A stretch of DNA of 64,000 bases from the NCBI GenBank assembly GCA_963806035.1, contig CAWDWO010000036.1, positions 1-64,000 on the forward strand, given 5' to 3'. Origin of the DNA: Candidatus Krumholzibacteriota bacterium. GTDB taxonomy: Bacteria > Krumholzibacteriota > Krumholzibacteriia > JAJRXK01. The notes beneath the pieces were generated by a model, which saw only the letters and a program-made list of their open reading frames with translations, had not been told where the DNA came from and made no database searches. The number at the start of each line of letters is the position of its first letter. Positions within the stretch are counted from its first letter, which is position 1. Below, piece after piece: positions 63,515 through 64,000 of this stretch. A program made the position numbers and the translations under genes.

Positions 63515-64000
63515 TGGGCAGTGAGCGCACGCGCTTCTGACTGGCCGCGAAGACGGCGTTGGCCACCGCGGGCGCCAGGGGTGGAAGCGGAGGTTCTCCG
63601 ATTCCACCCGGGGGGCGCTCGCTTCTCACGAAGTCCACCTTCACTCTTGGAGCTTCCGCGATCGTGAGCAGGGGGTAATCACGGAAGTCCACTTCCTGCG
63701 CCCTTCCATTCGAGAAACTCAGGCGATGCTTCAGGACCGAGCTCAGAGCATAGACCACTCCTCCCTCGCACTGCGCCCTGACCAGATCGGGGTGCACCAC
63801 GATTCCACAGTCCAGGGCACACCAGACCTCGTGCACGCGCAACTTGCCTCCCGGGAGGACTTCGACGTGGGCGACCTGGGCGCAATAGCTCTGACAGGAT
63901 CCATACGCGTTGGCTGCGATGCCCAGACCGTGTCCTACGGGCATGCGGCGCCCCCAGTCAGCCATTTGTGCTGCCAACTTCAGAACGGCGATCAGCCGTT
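63498..64000 (-). CDS. Xanthine dehydrogenase family molybdopterin-binding subunit (IorB-like), C-terminal part
   Basis: DCGIVVHPDLVRAQCEGG and GGIGEPPLPPLAPAVANAV; runs off the window. Confidence 0.88.
   Translation of the reverse strand, partial: RLIAVLKLAAQMADWGRRMPVGHGLGIAANAYGSCQSYCAQVAHVEVLPGGKLRVHEVWCALDCGIVVHPDLVRAQCEGGVVYALSSVLKHRLSFSNGRAQEVDFRDYPLLTIAEAPRVKVDFVRSERPPGGIGEPPLPPLAPAVANAVFAASQKRVRSLPIKSLA

Overview
Bacterial, GC-rich window that looks like a mosaic assembly. Bases 1 to about 9550 are very GC-rich and full of single-base indels. They carry an NtrC-type regulator, a histone-H1-like basic protein, gshB, PBP1A, a HAD hydrolase, a His kinase, an alpha/beta hydrolase, a NUDIX hydrolase, a rhomboid protease and a Sir2 fragment. 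At about 9553 the truncated Sir2 gene abuts a truncated, frameshifted Ser/Thr kinase-TPR gene. From about 11.7 kb the sequence is cleaner and less GC-rich. It holds a Fur/PerR-rubrerythrin-Fe-S oxidoreductase-DUF3501 operon, a signalling hub (GAF protein, PAS kinase, receiver, sigma54 activator, FliA/WhiG sigma), S8 protease, MocR plus aminotransferase, ECF sigma/anti-sigma, FHA-GAF-PP2C, icd, a DUF2723-TPR glycosyltransferase, an ATP-grasp plus Zn-peptidase pair, acs, a wzm/wzt CDP-sugar polysaccharide cluster, a DASS transporter, speD-speE and a molybdopterin oxidoreductase end. I saw no rRNA, tRNA, CRISPR-Cas or transposase. The strongest leads are four. (1) A candidate sigma54-driven, structured ~225-nt noncoding RNA with its own terminator, divergent from a sigma54 activator. 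(2) An isocitrate dehydrogenase with a CxxC-x9-CxxC insert in its regulatory loop. (3) A 34-bp-periodic palindromic repeat array behind a perfect extended -10 element. (4) An uncharacterised tandem-domain histone-like protein. All calls come from reading motifs by eye, with no database searches run.
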